Source: Muribaculaceae bacterium
Lineage (GTDB): Bacteria > Bacteroidota > Bacteroidia > Bacteroidales > Muribaculaceae
Length of the DNA: 64,000 nt
Reading direction: 5' to 3'
Assembly (NCBI GenBank): GCA_017626045.1
Contig: JAGAJP010000054.1
Coordinates: 9,281 to 73,280, forward strand
The notes below the pieces were generated by a model, which made no database searches, was not told where the DNA came from, and saw only the letters and a program-made list of their open reading frames with translations. How positions within the stretch are numbered: position 1 is the first letter of the stretch; every line of letters starts with the position of its first letter. The translations under genes and the position numbers were made by a program. Shown here one piece after another: positions 1 to 9,832 of this stretch.

Positions 1-1
1 C

Positions 2-418
2 TGGGTCGTTCTGACCGGAGGCGAGCCTTCACTATGGATTGACAGCGATTTCCTGCGCCTTATCCATCAGACCACCGGCAAGAAAATCGCTATCGAGACC
101 AACGGGACCAACCCGCTTCCCGAGGGTATAGACTGGATTACGGTCTCCCCTAAGACAGGTATCGATGAAATGGTGGGCAATCCTGCTATCAAGGTGCAGA
201 GAGCGGATGAGATTAAGGTGGTAGACGTGGGGCAGTGTCTTGACGATTATTTCAGCCTGCCGTGTCGCGACGAGAATACGCTTATGTATCTCCAGCCTTG
301 CTACGTTGCCGACAGAAAGACGAGGGAGTCAAACACGCTGCGCACCGTGAGGCGTGTGCTCGAGGATCCGCGATGGACTCTCAGCCTGCAGACCCACAGG
401 TATCTTGGCATTCCCTGA
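2..418 (+). CDS. queE: 7-carboxy-7-deazaguanine synthase QueE (radical SAM), C-terminal part; the 5' end lies outside the window
   Basis: The frame is open from the window edge. The translation WVVLTGGEPSLW..IAIETNGT..ITVSPK..LQPCY..WTLSLQTHRYLGIP matches the conserved QueE C-terminus as I recall it. Confidence 0.8.
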   Translation, partial: WVVLTGGEPSLWIDSDFLRLIHQTTGKKIAIETNGTNPLPEGIDWITVSPKTGIDEMVGNPAIKVQRADEIKVVDVGQCLDDYFSLPCRDENTLMYLQPCYVADRKTRESNTLRTVRRVLEDPRWTLSLQTHRYLGIP

Positions 419-419
419 G

Positions 420-1046
420 CTATAGCCCCCGGTGTACTGCCAATGGAAACGGATGCACAAGATGTGTCTGCCATCCCAGAAGCATGGGTTGCCTGACATC
501 TTTCTCCGGATTGTCACCGACATAATGATATTCATCAGCCCCGGCATGTTTTCGCATTATGGCGAGAAAACTGTCGGGGTCGTTTTTGTCATGCCACGTC
601 TCTCCGGATATGTAGATGTCATCATCGTCGAAGTAGCTCTGCAGTCCGGCTGCCGCGATCTTGTTGCGTTGCGTCACGCTCCTACCGTCTGTCACCAACG
701 CGAGTTTTATGCCGCAAGATTTCAGATGCTCAAGGATTCCCTCGGTCGACGGTGCTAAATGGTAGATTGCCGGATCCGGCTTATGTCTCCTGAATTCCTG
801 CACCGTTTCTGTCATTGTCTCGGCTACCGGAATCCTCATGCTCTCCAGATACTGCTCAAGTGCAGAATAATGGTTGCGTCGCGTGAAGACAGCAGTGTCC
901 ATGCAGGTTATGATTCGTCGCTCCGACAGTGATGGATGTCTCTCGGCAAGATAACTTGCGATGTGCCTTATTCCGCTTCTGATAAACAGCGCTTCCGGCA
1001 CAAGAGTGTCGTCAAGATCGAAAGCCACGACTTTCATATCGGTCAT
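420..1046 (-). CDS. HAD-superfamily hydrolase
   Basis: N-terminal motif VVAFDLDDTL (HAD motif I, DxD), and later LALVTDG and GDNPEKD motifs. 208 aa. Confidence 0.75.
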   Translation of the reverse strand: MTDMKVVAFDLDDTLVPEALFIRSGIRHIASYLAERHPSLSERRIITCMDTAVFTRRNHYSALEQYLESMRIPVAETMTETVQEFRRHKPDPAIYHLAPSTEGILEHLKSCGIKLALVTDGRSVTQRNKIAAAGLQSYFDDDDIYISGETWHDKNDPDSFLAIMRKHAGADEYHYVGDNPEKDVRQPMLLGWQTHLVHPFPLAVHRGL

Positions 1047-1921
1047 TCCACGCGGATGATTCTCGCGCCTTTTATCCTCTTGATGTTGCGTTTCACGTAT
1101 GCCTCAAATGGAAGTGCCTCCATTTCAACCTTCTCGCTTGTGGGCGAAACGTGGATTATCATTAGCTTGTCTCCCTCCCAGGTCAAAATCCCCATCTCTC
1201 GGCTGTCAAGGTCATTGTCGGGAGCGAGCAGGAAGAAGATATCGCCGTCTTTCGCCAACTGTTTGAACCGTTTCGGATTGGTGAGGTCTCCGTTGGATAT
1301 ATACGGTATCTGATGGTTGCGGAAGCCCATTTCCAGCATTCTGAGACGCTCGTAGGTAGTGGAGTCTGACAGCGCCTTGATTGCCTCCCTATGACGCGAT
1401 ATATAGTCGATTGATTTCTCTTTCTTGCGTATGTTGAGCTGGTCTATCCTCAGTGTGGCGTCGTTCACGTTGTTTCTGAAGATATTGTCGGCGATCCAGT
1501 CTGAGGCATACAGGAAGCGCGACAGAAAGCCGCGTGCCTTTCCGCTCTTATACATTACCGATTCATAGCGGTCGGCATAGTCTCGCCATCCTGGGGCTGA
1601 GGATGTCTCGTACGCCTGAGCGAGTGCTATGCATGTGGAGATTAGACTCAATGGGTTGAATGAATGTACGTTGAGCGTGAACACCATAGAGTCGCTTTCC
1701 AGAATCTCGCTCCTGAGGTTGGAGGGACATCCAATCATCCGGCGCGCGAAGTGTGCGACTCGTTCGCTTCTGTTCATTTCTTTTAATTGAGGATCTCTCA
1801 GCAGTTCGTTGATTCTTATGGTGTCGGAGTCGCAGTGGAACGCAAGTGTCTCGAATGCTGATGCGCTCGTCGACACTGCCGCCAATGCTATTGTAAGTAA
1901 TAAGGTCTTGAATAGTTTCAT
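1043..1921 (-). CDS. Secreted DUF1460 (amidase-like) family protein
   Basis: Signal peptide MKLFKTLLLTIALAAVSTSASA. The segment SRFLYASDWIADN and the C-terminal IIHVS region resemble the DUF1460 family as I recall it. Confidence 0.55.
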   Translation of the reverse strand: MKLFKTLLLTIALAAVSTSASAFETLAFHCDSDTIRINELLRDPQLKEMNRSERVAHFARRMIGCPSNLRSEILESDSMVFTLNVHSFNPLSLISTCIALAQAYETSSAPGWRDYADRYESVMYKSGKARGFLSRFLYASDWIADNIFRNNVNDATLRIDQLNIRKKEKSIDYISRHREAIKALSDSTTYERLRMLEMGFRNHQIPYISNGDLTNPKRFKQLAKDGDIFFLLAPDNDLDSREMGILTWEGDKLMIIHVSPTSEKVEMEALPFEAYVKRNIKRIKGARIIRVE

Positions 1922-2009
1922 ATCTTAGGAGTTTTGCCATCCGGCAGGTTTCCATTACAAAATTATGAAAAATTCTTGGATTAGGCAAATATTCTGCGAT
2001 CCTCTTCCT

Positions 2010-2026
2010 TCTTAGATGGACTCTTA
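2010..2026. repeat. 17-nt exact repeat TCTTAGATGGACTCTTA, copy 1 (copy 2 at 11972-11988)
   Basis: Identical 17-mer in two intergenic regions. It has an internal direct TCTTA..N7..TCTTA architecture. Confidence 0.5.
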
Positions 2027-2084
2027 ATCTACACTTTCGAATCAGGATTGGACTTTAAGTTGAGTGCTTTTGTTGGTAACAAGA

Positions 2085-2116
2085 AATCAGGGCCACGTAA
2101 ATTCGCAGCCCTGATT
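2085..2116 (-). terminator. Putative intrinsic terminator after rhaD
   Basis: A 9-bp stem, AATCAGGGC (2085-2093) with GCCCTGATT (2108-2116), followed on the minus strand by TTTCTTGTT. Confidence 0.5.
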
Positions 2117-2146
2117 GAATTCAGATTATTGATTACTTCTTACTGA

Positions 2147-2959
2147 TTATTTGGGAAGATTGAACACAGTGGAGATCTCCACCATCTGCTCTTCCGACAT
2201 TCCCTCCGGAACAAATCCCATATTGCGGGCGCACATGTAGATGTTGGCGCTCTTGTTGAGTACATCAACCTGGTCGAAAGCCGACATGATGTCGTTTTCA
2301 ACAGCAAACACGCCGTGCTTTTCCCACATCACTACATCGTAGTTGTCGTCGATTGCCTTGATTGTTGCGTCGGCAAGTTCCTTCGACGAGGGAAGCATGT
2401 AAGGAACGATTCCAAGTCCGCGCGGAGCGAACGCCTTGGTCTCGGGTATCATCGACCAGAGAATCTTCGTCAGCACGTCCTTCTTCAGGTATTCGGGATT
2501 GTGGCTCATCGCTACAAGTTCTATCGGATGGGTATGTAGGCTTGCCTTGTAGGTGGAGCCCTTGCCGATCAGATAGTCGTGAACGGCGAGATGTGACGGA
2601 AGTTCCGATGTCGGTTTCACCGGCTTGTCGGCAACTATCTCATAGCTTGCGCAGTCGTCGCAAATGCGAATTATAGAGCCGTTGTCCATTGGCCAGCGTG
2701 CGAGGTCTCTCATGCGCATCTGGGTGCCTTTGCAGTAGAACCAGCATCCCTTGAGGTTGGGAAGTGTGGTGCCGATGGGATACGGACCTGCTATCGCGGG
2801 AAGAGCTTTCATCTCGTTGGTGACATGCTCTGTCACATTGACGGTGATATTGCCGCCGTTGCGTTCCGCCCACCCTTTCTGCCAGAGGTATCCGGCGGCT
2901 TCCGCCACTTGCTCAACCACCCGGGCGAGTCCGGGATTATTGTCTAATACGGATGACAT
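2147..2959 (-). CDS. rhaD: Rhamnulose-1-phosphate aldolase (class II aldolase)
   Basis: 270 aa. The N-terminus ..AGYLWQKGWAERNGGNITV.. and the HTHP metal-binding region are typical of RhaD. The gene lies in a rha cluster. Confidence 0.9.
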   Translation of the reverse strand: MSSVLDNNPGLARVVEQVAEAAGYLWQKGWAERNGGNITVNVTEHVTNEMKALPAIAGPYPIGTTLPNLKGCWFYCKGTQMRMRDLARWPMDNGSIIRICDDCASYEIVADKPVKPTSELPSHLAVHDYLIGKGSTYKASLHTHPIELVAMSHNPEYLKKDVLTKILWSMIPETKAFAPRGLGIVPYMLPSSKELADATIKAIDDNYDVVMWEKHGVFAVENDIMSAFDQVDVLNKSANIYMCARNMGFVPEGMSEEQMVEISTVFNLPK

Positions 2960-3000
2960 TTTTTATTTCGATTTATTGTTGTTTTTATCTTGAAGTCTTT

Positions 3001-4032
3001 TCAGATCAGCTGTGGCAGGAAGCAGGATATTACGAGTACTATGATACCCACCACAAGCACGAATATCGTCTTCCTCGGACATCCTTCCCATTCCTTCAGG
3101 ATTATGCCCCAGACATTCGAGAACACCACATTCAGAGCCATCAGTATGCAGAACGACAGTGTCATCAGTGTCGGATAGTCGGTCAGGAACCCTTTGCCGA
3201 GCGAAAGCCCGAAAAACTGGCTATACCATAGCGCGCCGGCAAGAAGGCAGAAGAACACGTTGTTGAGCATTACCTTTGTCTTGCCATAGTCGCTCCATGT
3301 CTTGTTCTTGTGGTTCTGATACAGACAGTATGCTATGTTGGTCACAAATCCGCCTATTGTCACTAAGAATGTGGCAGGAAGCGTCTTGTACATGTCGGGT
3401 GTGAGATAGCCGAAGTTGATGTCGGCACCAAACGCGAGTCCGACATTGAAGCAGCCGCTCATGAAGCCGCACAGTAGCGCGATCAGGATTCCCTTTGGGA
3501 AATTGAAGTCTTTGACTGCCGACTTCTTCTGTTCCTCTGAGAGTGCGTTGGCTTTCATCGCGCCGGCGACTCCGATGATGTTGATGCCGGCGAGTGTGAC
3601 GATTACGCCGATGATCACAGAGAATGTCAGCTGGGAAAGCGGTTCCTGCTCAGGGAAAAAGATCTGAAGCAATACCGGCCCCATGATGGTGCCGAGTCCC
3701 GCGCATGTGCCCAAGGCGATTGACTGGCCGAGCGCCACTCCGAGATACCTCATCGATAGTCCGAAGGTCAAGCCTCCGATTCCCCATAGCATACCGAACA
3801 ACACTGTCATCCACAGTTTGAATGGATCGGCTTCTGTAAAGAGTTCTCCGATGCTGTGGCCAGACGGTACTGCAAGAAGTGCCCCGAGAAATGGTAGGAT
3901 TGCAAAGGCGAAGATGGCCTGTACAAGCCAGTAGGATTCCCAGCTCCAGTTTTTGATCTTGTTGATGGGTACGTAACAGCTTGACTGGCAGAATGCCCCT
4001 ATTGCGATTATTAGTAGTCCAAGGAAGAGCAT
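3001..4032 (-). CDS. rhaT: L-rhamnose/H+ symporter
   Basis: 343 aa polytopic membrane protein. The N-terminus ..GAFCQSSCYVPINKIKNWSWESYWLVQ.. is typical of RhaT. Confidence 0.9.
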   Translation of the reverse strand: MLFLGLLIIAIGAFCQSSCYVPINKIKNWSWESYWLVQAIFAFAILPFLGALLAVPSGHSIGELFTEADPFKLWMTVLFGMLWGIGGLTFGLSMRYLGVALGQSIALGTCAGLGTIMGPVLLQIFFPEQEPLSQLTFSVIIGVIVTLAGINIIGVAGAMKANALSEEQKKSAVKDFNFPKGILIALLCGFMSGCFNVGLAFGADINFGYLTPDMYKTLPATFLVTIGGFVTNIAYCLYQNHKNKTWSDYGKTKVMLNNVFFCLLAGALWYSQFFGLSLGKGFLTDYPTLMTLSFCILMALNVVFSNVWGIILKEWEGCPRKTIFVLVVGIIVLVISCFLPQLI

Positions 4033-4067
4033 GATATAAGATCTGAAAGGTTAAGAAATAACGTTGT

Positions 4068-4099
4068 CAGATAGGGCATGTTTCTAAATGCCCTATCTG
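4068..4099 (-). other. Intercistronic 12-bp perfect hairpin between rhaA and rhaT
   Basis: CAGATAGGGCAT (4068-4079) pairs with ATGCCCTATCTG (4088-4099) around an 8-nt loop. No U-tract follows on the minus strand. Confidence 0.45.
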
Positions 4100-4112
4100 A
4101 ATATGGTTGATT

Positions 4113-5366
4113 TTAGCGTTTTGATGTAACTTCAGCCTCGTATTTCTCAACATCCTTGATGAATGTCTCGCCAACGGGAACTCCGTTGCGGAGGCAGAAC
4201 ATGTCATATACTGCGTTCCAGGGGAGAACCTTGCACTCCTCGAGAAGTGCGAGACGCTGGAATTTCTTGTCCTCGAGTTCGTATTTGCGCAGTGTGGCTG
4301 TTGGCTCGAGTAGTGCTCTGATCATGCACTTCTGGGCGGCACGGCTGCCGATCACGTATGCGCCGATACGGTTGAGTGTTCCGTCGAAGTAGTCGAGACC
4401 GTAGTGTACGCGGTTGAGGGCGTCTGCTCTTACTATCTCGCTGAAGAGGTCGAGTGTCGGGTCGTCCATGATGGTGACGTGGTCGGAGTCCCAGCGTATA
4501 GGACGAGACACGTGAAGCATCAGTTCCGGAACGAACAGAAGCATCGCGCTCACCTTGTCGGCTACGCTCTCTGTCGGGTGGAAGTGACCTGTGTCGAGTG
4601 TGATCATCATATCGCGCTTCGACGCATACGCAGTGTAGAAGTCGTTGCTTCCTACTGTGTAGCTCTCAAGACCGATGCCGAATACTTTGGATTCCACGCA
4701 GTCTTTCATCATGTCGTAGCGGTGCTCGAAAATCTGGTCGAGTGAATCCTTCAGAAGCTCGCGATACATCAGTCGGTTGACTGTGATGTCCTTGCTGCCG
4801 TCGTGAACCCATGTGTTCATGATACAGGGGTCGTTCTGTGCCTCGCCGATAGCCTGCGAGATAGCGCGGCAACGCTTCGAGTGCTCGATCCAGAACTCGC
4901 GGATGCTCTTGTCGGGATTCGACAGCGACAGGTCGCCGCTCTTGCTGTGTGAGAAGGATGTAGAGTTGAAGTCGAGCTTTATGTCGTTGGCTTTGCCCCA
5001 CTCGATCCAGCTCTGGAAATATTCGGGAGTTACCTCGTTGCGGTCTACATATTTTCCCTGGAAGTCACCGTAGATCTCATGAAGGTTCAGGCGGTGCTTG
5101 CCGGGGATAAGGCTCATCGCATATAGGATGTCGTCGCGGAGTTCTTTGATGTTGCGGGCTTTGCCGGGATAGTTGCCGTTTACCTGGATGCCACCGGTCA
5201 GTCCTCCCTCGTGGGGCTCGAAGCCGGTTACGTCGTCAGCCTGCCAGCAATGCATGCTGAGGTGGAAGTCCTGCATCTGCTGGAGCACTTTCTCGGTGTC
5301 TACACCAATGGCGGCATATCTTTCGCGTGCCACTTCATAGGCTTTGTTGATTAGTTCTTCTTTCAT
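4113..5366 (-). CDS. rhaA: L-rhamnose isomerase
   Basis: 417 aa. The HCWQ..D..GFE, LHEIY and WDSDHV segments are characteristic of RhaA. Confidence 0.92.
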   Translation of the reverse strand: MKEELINKAYEVARERYAAIGVDTEKVLQQMQDFHLSMHCWQADDVTGFEPHEGGLTGGIQVNGNYPGKARNIKELRDDILYAMSLIPGKHRLNLHEIYGDFQGKYVDRNEVTPEYFQSWIEWGKANDIKLDFNSTSFSHSKSGDLSLSNPDKSIREFWIEHSKRCRAISQAIGEAQNDPCIMNTWVHDGSKDITVNRLMYRELLKDSLDQIFEHRYDMMKDCVESKVFGIGLESYTVGSNDFYTAYASKRDMMITLDTGHFHPTESVADKVSAMLLFVPELMLHVSRPIRWDSDHVTIMDDPTLDLFSEIVRADALNRVHYGLDYFDGTLNRIGAYVIGSRAAQKCMIRALLEPTATLRKYELEDKKFQRLALLEECKVLPWNAVYDMFCLRNGVPVGETFIKDVEKYEAEVTSKR

Positions 5367-5393
5367 GATGATTATTATGTGTTTGTCTGTTTG

Positions 5394-6818
5394 TTATTTT
5401 TTCGGGTTATAGGTGATTGTCTCTGTCGAGTTTACTGCGACCTCGCGCATCTCATGGAGCGACTTCAGGCTCTTGCATGCCCGCAGCTGCATCAGCACAT
5501 TGCCTAATGCCGTGCACTCTGCCGGTCCGGCCACTACCGGTATGCCGAGCTCGTCGGCGGTCAGCTGCATCAGATACTGGTTGCGTGAGCCGCCTCCTAT
5601 CACGTGCAGGCGTTTGATCTGGACAGGCGATATCTCGCGGAGCCAGCGTGTGATCTCTCCGTATCTTTTGGCAAGACTTCTGTACACTATCCTTATATAG
5701 TCGGCGGGTGTCTCGGGTTTGCGTTGACCTGTCTTTTCGCAATATGCCGTGATTGCCTTGGTCATGCTCTCCGGGTTGGCAAACGAAGGGTCATCCGGAT
5801 TGATGATGCTTTCGCAGTCGCTTTTCAGATAGAGCGCAGCCAGTTCGGAGATATCCTTGGGGGCGTCCTTGAATTCCGTGCGGCAGCGCTCGAACAGCCA
5901 GAGTCCGCAGATGTTCTTCAGTACCCTTATGGTGTCGTCGACTCCTCCTTCGTTGGTGAAGTTGTATTCCATGCTCAGAGGCGTGATGATCGGTCCTTCG
6001 TTCTCTATACCCAACAGCGACCACGTGCCGCAGCTCAGATATGCATAGTCGCGGTCGGGAGTCGGTACGCCCGCCACTGCCGATGCGGTGTCATGGCCTG
6101 CCACAGCCACCACCGGTACTTCTCCAAGTCCGGTGAGTTCAGCCAGTCGCGGCAGAAGTGTGCCGATTTCTGTGCCGGGCTCCACTATCGGGCCGAATTT
6201 GCTGCGGCTGAGTCCTATTTCATCCAGAAGCGCGTCGTCAAGTTCCTTGGTGTTGGGGTTCAGTATCTGCGACGTGGACGCGACTGTGCGTTCGGTCACA
6301 GCCTTGCCTGTCAGCATATATGACAGTGCGTCGGGGATAAACAGAATCTTGTCTGCGCTGTCCAATACCTCGGGGTTGTTGCGCCTGATTGTGTCGAGCT
6401 GGAAGAGTGTGTTGAAATCCATGAACTGGATACCGGTCTTCAGATATATATCCTTTTTGTCGACTCTTTCACAGAATTTCTCGACAGCTCCTACTGTGTG
6501 CGGGTCGCGATAGCAGTACGGAAGGCCTGCGATGCTTCCGTCCTTGTAGAAATATGCCACGTCGCAGCCCCACGAGTCTATGCCGATGCTTTTCAGGCTG
6601 ACACCATCAGGAAGCAGTTCCTTGCATTTTTTCATTGAGTCAAGGATATGCTCGTAGATGAGCGGCAGATTCCAGTACTGATGGTCGCCAAGCGGCATCA
6701 TCGGATAGTTGTAGCGGGATATTTCATTCATGTCCACCTTCTTGCCGTCAAACGTGGCAAGAATGGTGCGCCCCGATGTGGCGCCGAGGTCTATCGCAAG
6801 ATGATATGTCTTTTCCAT
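5394..6818 (-). CDS. rhaB: Rhamnulokinase (FGGY carbohydrate kinase)
   Basis: 474 aa. FGGY N-terminus AIDLGATSGR, and ..HVIGGGSRNQYLMQLTAD.. at the C-terminus. rha cluster context. Confidence 0.9.
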   Translation of the reverse strand: MEKTYHLAIDLGATSGRTILATFDGKKVDMNEISRYNYPMMPLGDHQYWNLPLIYEHILDSMKKCKELLPDGVSLKSIGIDSWGCDVAYFYKDGSIAGLPYCYRDPHTVGAVEKFCERVDKKDIYLKTGIQFMDFNTLFQLDTIRRNNPEVLDSADKILFIPDALSYMLTGKAVTERTVASTSQILNPNTKELDDALLDEIGLSRSKFGPIVEPGTEIGTLLPRLAELTGLGEVPVVAVAGHDTASAVAGVPTPDRDYAYLSCGTWSLLGIENEGPIITPLSMEYNFTNEGGVDDTIRVLKNICGLWLFERCRTEFKDAPKDISELAALYLKSDCESIINPDDPSFANPESMTKAITAYCEKTGQRKPETPADYIRIVYRSLAKRYGEITRWLREISPVQIKRLHVIGGGSRNQYLMQLTADELGIPVVAGPAECTALGNVLMQLRACKSLKSLHEMREVAVNSTETITYNPKK

Positions 6819-6827
6819 AGCCTGACG

Positions 6828-7145
6828 TCAGTCGAGATGAAATACTTCCTTTATGGGAATGGTCACCGGTGAATTGTCGGGATTAACTTCCATAAGGTCG
6901 GCCATGTAGTCCCACCATTTGCGGGTGATTTCATCGGCTGCCTCGGCATCCTGGGAATTCGTGTCGCCTACTACTTCCTGATAGCCGAAGAGTATGTTGG
7001 TGTCTTTGTCCCAGAAGATGGAATAATTGCGGACCCCGGAGTCGGCGATCTGCTTTTTCAACTCAGGCCACAGCTCGGCGTGGCGCTTGGCATACTCGGC
7101 TTCATTGCCGGGTTTTAGAAACATTTTGAATGCAAATCTTTTCAT
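6828..7145 (-). CDS. rhaM: L-rhamnose mutarotase
   Basis: 105 aa. FKMFLKPGNEAEYAKRHAELWPEL..NYSIF.. matches the RhaM/RhaU family. Confidence 0.9.
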   Translation of the reverse strand: MKRFAFKMFLKPGNEAEYAKRHAELWPELKKQIADSGVRNYSIFWDKDTNILFGYQEVVGDTNSQDAEAADEITRKWWDYMADLMEVNPDNSPVTIPIKEVFHLD

Positions 7146-7256
7146 GGTGTTGCGGATGTTCTATATTGTTAATTAGTTCTTCTGTTTTGTCTTTCGCAAA
7201 GTTAATAAAAAAATCCGACAATTTGTCATCTTTTGGATTTTTTTATCTAAATTACT

Positions 7257-9665
7257 TCAGAATTTAAGCACTTTTGTCTGTCCGGGCGTTGTCGACTCGC
7301 TTATGGTCATGCCGTTTACCTTAATATCGGCTTGTGTCGGAACTTCCGACCTCAGCTCGAGTCTCGTCACCTTGCCGTCTTTCCATGTAGCGTCGGCGGT
7401 AATGCCGGTGCGTGTGCGCAGTCCTTTGAAGCTTCCGTCTTTCCATTGCTCCGGAAGCGCCGGCAGAAGAGTGATTACTCCTGGCTCCGACTGGATAAGC
7501 ATCTCGGCCACTCCGGCGGTTCCTCCGAAATTGCCGTCGATCTGGAATGGGGCGTGCGCGTCGAGCAGGTTGGGGTAGGTGCCTCCACCTTTCCGCTTGT
7601 CCGGTCCGTTGTAATTGTCCGGACTCACATACTTCAGCAGTCTGCGATACATGGCGTATGCCTTGTCGGCTTCTGCAAGACGGGCGAGCAGGTTCACTCT
7701 CCATCCGGTGCTCCAGCCGGTAGTGTTGTCTCCTTTGATCTCAAGTGTGCGTGCCGCTGCCTTTGCGGTCTCGGGTGTACCGGTGAGTGTTATGTGGTGA
7801 CCGGGATATAACCCGTACAGATGCGACTGATGACGGTGTTGAGGGTCTTTCTCTTCGAAATCGATATACCATTCCTGAAGCTGTCCCGATTTCCCTGTCT
7901 TGTAGGGCGCGAGGCGGGGAAGAGCTTTTTCAATCTCTTTCACAAGCTGCTCGTCTGTCCCGAGGGCTTTGGCTGCGTCTCTGGTGTCAGACAGACATTG
8001 GCGTATCATTCCCAAGTCGGCGAAGCCTCCCGCGCACGTCGACGCAGTCTTCCCTTGAGGAGTCTTGAAACTGTTTTCGGGTGATGTCGACGGTGATGTA
8101 ATCAGATTCCCGTCTTGGTCTTCCACCATCCAATCAAGACAGAATTCTGCCGCCCCTTTAAGGGTAGGGTAGTATTCTTTAAGGAACTCAATGTCGCGGG
8201 TGAAGAGGTAATGTTCCCAGATATGTGAGGAAATCCATGCGCCTCCCATGTTCCAGTTGGCCCACTGCGGATTGCCGCCCCTGAGACCTACAGGGTTGGT
8301 GATGCCCCAGATGTCGGAGTTGTGACCCAGACACCATCCACGGTTCACTCCATAATATTCTTTGGCTGTTGTCTCTCCCGTGAGCGGCAGTTGTTTTACA
8401 AACGACAGTAGAGGAATATGCAGTTCGCTGAGGTTGGTCACCTCTGCCGGCCAGTAGTTTTCTTCTACGTTGATGTTGGTGGTATAGTTGCTGCTCCATG
8501 GCGGAAGTAGTTTCTCGTTCCATAGCCCCTGGAGGTTGGCGGGAACCTGGGGCGTGCGCGAGCAGCTGATCAGAAGATAGCGTCCATAGTTGAAGTAGAG
8601 TTCCTCAAGGTCGGGGTCTGTAGCATTCCGGTCCGTATAATTCTTCAGACGGCTGTCGGTGGTCATTGCGTTCAGTTCCGGAGCCGAGTCTCCGAAGTCC
8701 ACGCTCGCGCGGTTAAAGAGCCTTGAATAGTCTTCGATATGTCTTTTCCTGATGTCTGAATATGGTTTTTCGGATGCATTGAGAGCCTTTCTCATTGAGA
8801 TTGCCTTGTAGTCCCTGCCGTTTGTCATGGGATTGGTGCGGGTGCCGTTGAAACTCGTGGCGATGGCTACGACCACTGTCGCCTCCCTGGCATCCTGTAC
8901 CTTTAGTCTCCCTCCTTCTATGGCTTTCACTTTGCCTCCGGGTGCCATCACTTTTGCCACAGTCCGGAACTGTACGCCGACCCCGTCTTCATAAACAAAT
9001 TTCTTCTCTTCGGCTATGCCGACATAGGAGGGCATCGAGGAGGCTGCTGCGCGTCCTTCGGCTATGATTTCGTTGCCGTCGCTCGTTACCGTCGCCCCTT
9101 TAATTGGTGATTCGAACTGCAGCGTGAAGTCAATTGGCCTGAGGGCGGTTATACGTATGGCTATCACGCTGTCGGGTGCAGAGGCGATGTATTCTGTGGT
9201 GATGGAATTGCCGTTTTTGGTATATGACACGTTGGCGGTGGCGTTCGTCAGGTCGAGCGTACGCCTGTAGTCTGTGACGCTTCCTTTGTCGGAGAAGTCG
9301 ATGAAGAGATTTCCGATGGGCTGGTAGTTGTTGGTGTATTTGCCCTGAATCTCGTGTTGCAGTTGCTCGGCGAGCTCATAGTCGCCGGCGGCAAGTGCCT
9401 CACGGATCGCCGGTATATGGCGGTGTGACCCCGGAGAGTACACGGTGTCGTCGGGATACCCGGTCCAGAACGTGATGTCGTTGAGCGAGAGTCGCTCTCT
9501 GTCGGGATTTCCGTAGACGATGGCTCCTTGTGTGCCGTTGCCGATCACGAACGTTTCTTCGAAGTATTCGGCGGGTCTGTCAAAATAGAGGGCGGGGGTG
9601 GCTGCCGAGGCGCTCAGTGCCGCCGATGCTAAGGTCGTCAGGATTATGCCTGAGATAGGTTTCAT
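7257..9665 (-). CDS. Glycoside hydrolase family 95 (alpha-L-fucosidase/galactosidase-type), secreted
   Basis: 802 aa with a signal peptide. The segments [28 protein letters not shown] and QIDGNFG are typical of GH95. Confidence 0.88.
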   Translation of the reverse strand: MKPISGIILTTLASAALSASAATPALYFDRPAEYFEETFVIGNGTQGAIVYGNPDRERLSLNDITFWTGYPDDTVYSPGSHRHIPAIREALAAGDYELAEQLQHEIQGKYTNNYQPIGNLFIDFSDKGSVTDYRRTLDLTNATANVSYTKNGNSITTEYIASAPDSVIAIRITALRPIDFTLQFESPIKGATVTSDGNEIIAEGRAAASSMPSYVGIAEEKKFVYEDGVGVQFRTVAKVMAPGGKVKAIEGGRLKVQDAREATVVVAIATSFNGTRTNPMTNGRDYKAISMRKALNASEKPYSDIRKRHIEDYSRLFNRASVDFGDSAPELNAMTTDSRLKNYTDRNATDPDLEELYFNYGRYLLISCSRTPQVPANLQGLWNEKLLPPWSSNYTTNINVEENYWPAEVTNLSELHIPLLSFVKQLPLTGETTAKEYYGVNRGWCLGHNSDIWGITNPVGLRGGNPQWANWNMGGAWISSHIWEHYLFTRDIEFLKEYYPTLKGAAEFCLDWMVEDQDGNLITSPSTSPENSFKTPQGKTASTCAGGFADLGMIRQCLSDTRDAAKALGTDEQLVKEIEKALPRLAPYKTGKSGQLQEWYIDFEEKDPQHRHQSHLYGLYPGHHITLTGTPETAKAAARTLEIKGDNTTGWSTGWRVNLLARLAEADKAYAMYRRLLKYVSPDNYNGPDKRKGGGTYPNLLDAHAPFQIDGNFGGTAGVAEMLIQSEPGVITLLPALPEQWKDGSFKGLRTRTGITADATWKDGKVTRLELRSEVPTQADIKVNGMTISESTTPGQTKVLKF

Positions 9666-9818
9666 AAGTGTCCGATTTTGAGGTTAAAGCAGGTTCTGTA
9701 AATTGTATCTGCCGGTTGATAAAGCAGTATAGAACATGCCTGATGTTGTTTTAAATGCAAAGTTAAGGAAGAAAGATGAAATTTGCAAATGGAGTTTGTT
9801 TTACTCGGCATTTTTTCT

Positions 9819-9826
9819 TATTTTTG
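9819..9826 (+). promoter_or_regulatory. Bacteroides-type -7 box TATTTTTG upstream of glycerate kinase
   Basis: Matches TAnnTTTG. It ends 7 nt before the ATG at 9833, which suggests a leaderless or very short-leader mRNA. Confidence 0.4.
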
Positions 9827-9832
9827 CGCGTA

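Noticed and set aside
9776-9832. N-terminal extensions suggested by the ORF track: 9776 for glxK, 10908 for the LuxR regulator, 16739 for ansA, 39511 for atpD, 41263 for atpB, 49974 for nuoM, 57160 for dnaJ and 59628 for GH57.
   Set aside because: The extensions overlap upstream genes or promoter boxes and have unprotein-like sequence. An internal ATG in each case reproduces the conserved family N-terminus, for example [40 protein letters not shown] and [13 protein letters not shown].
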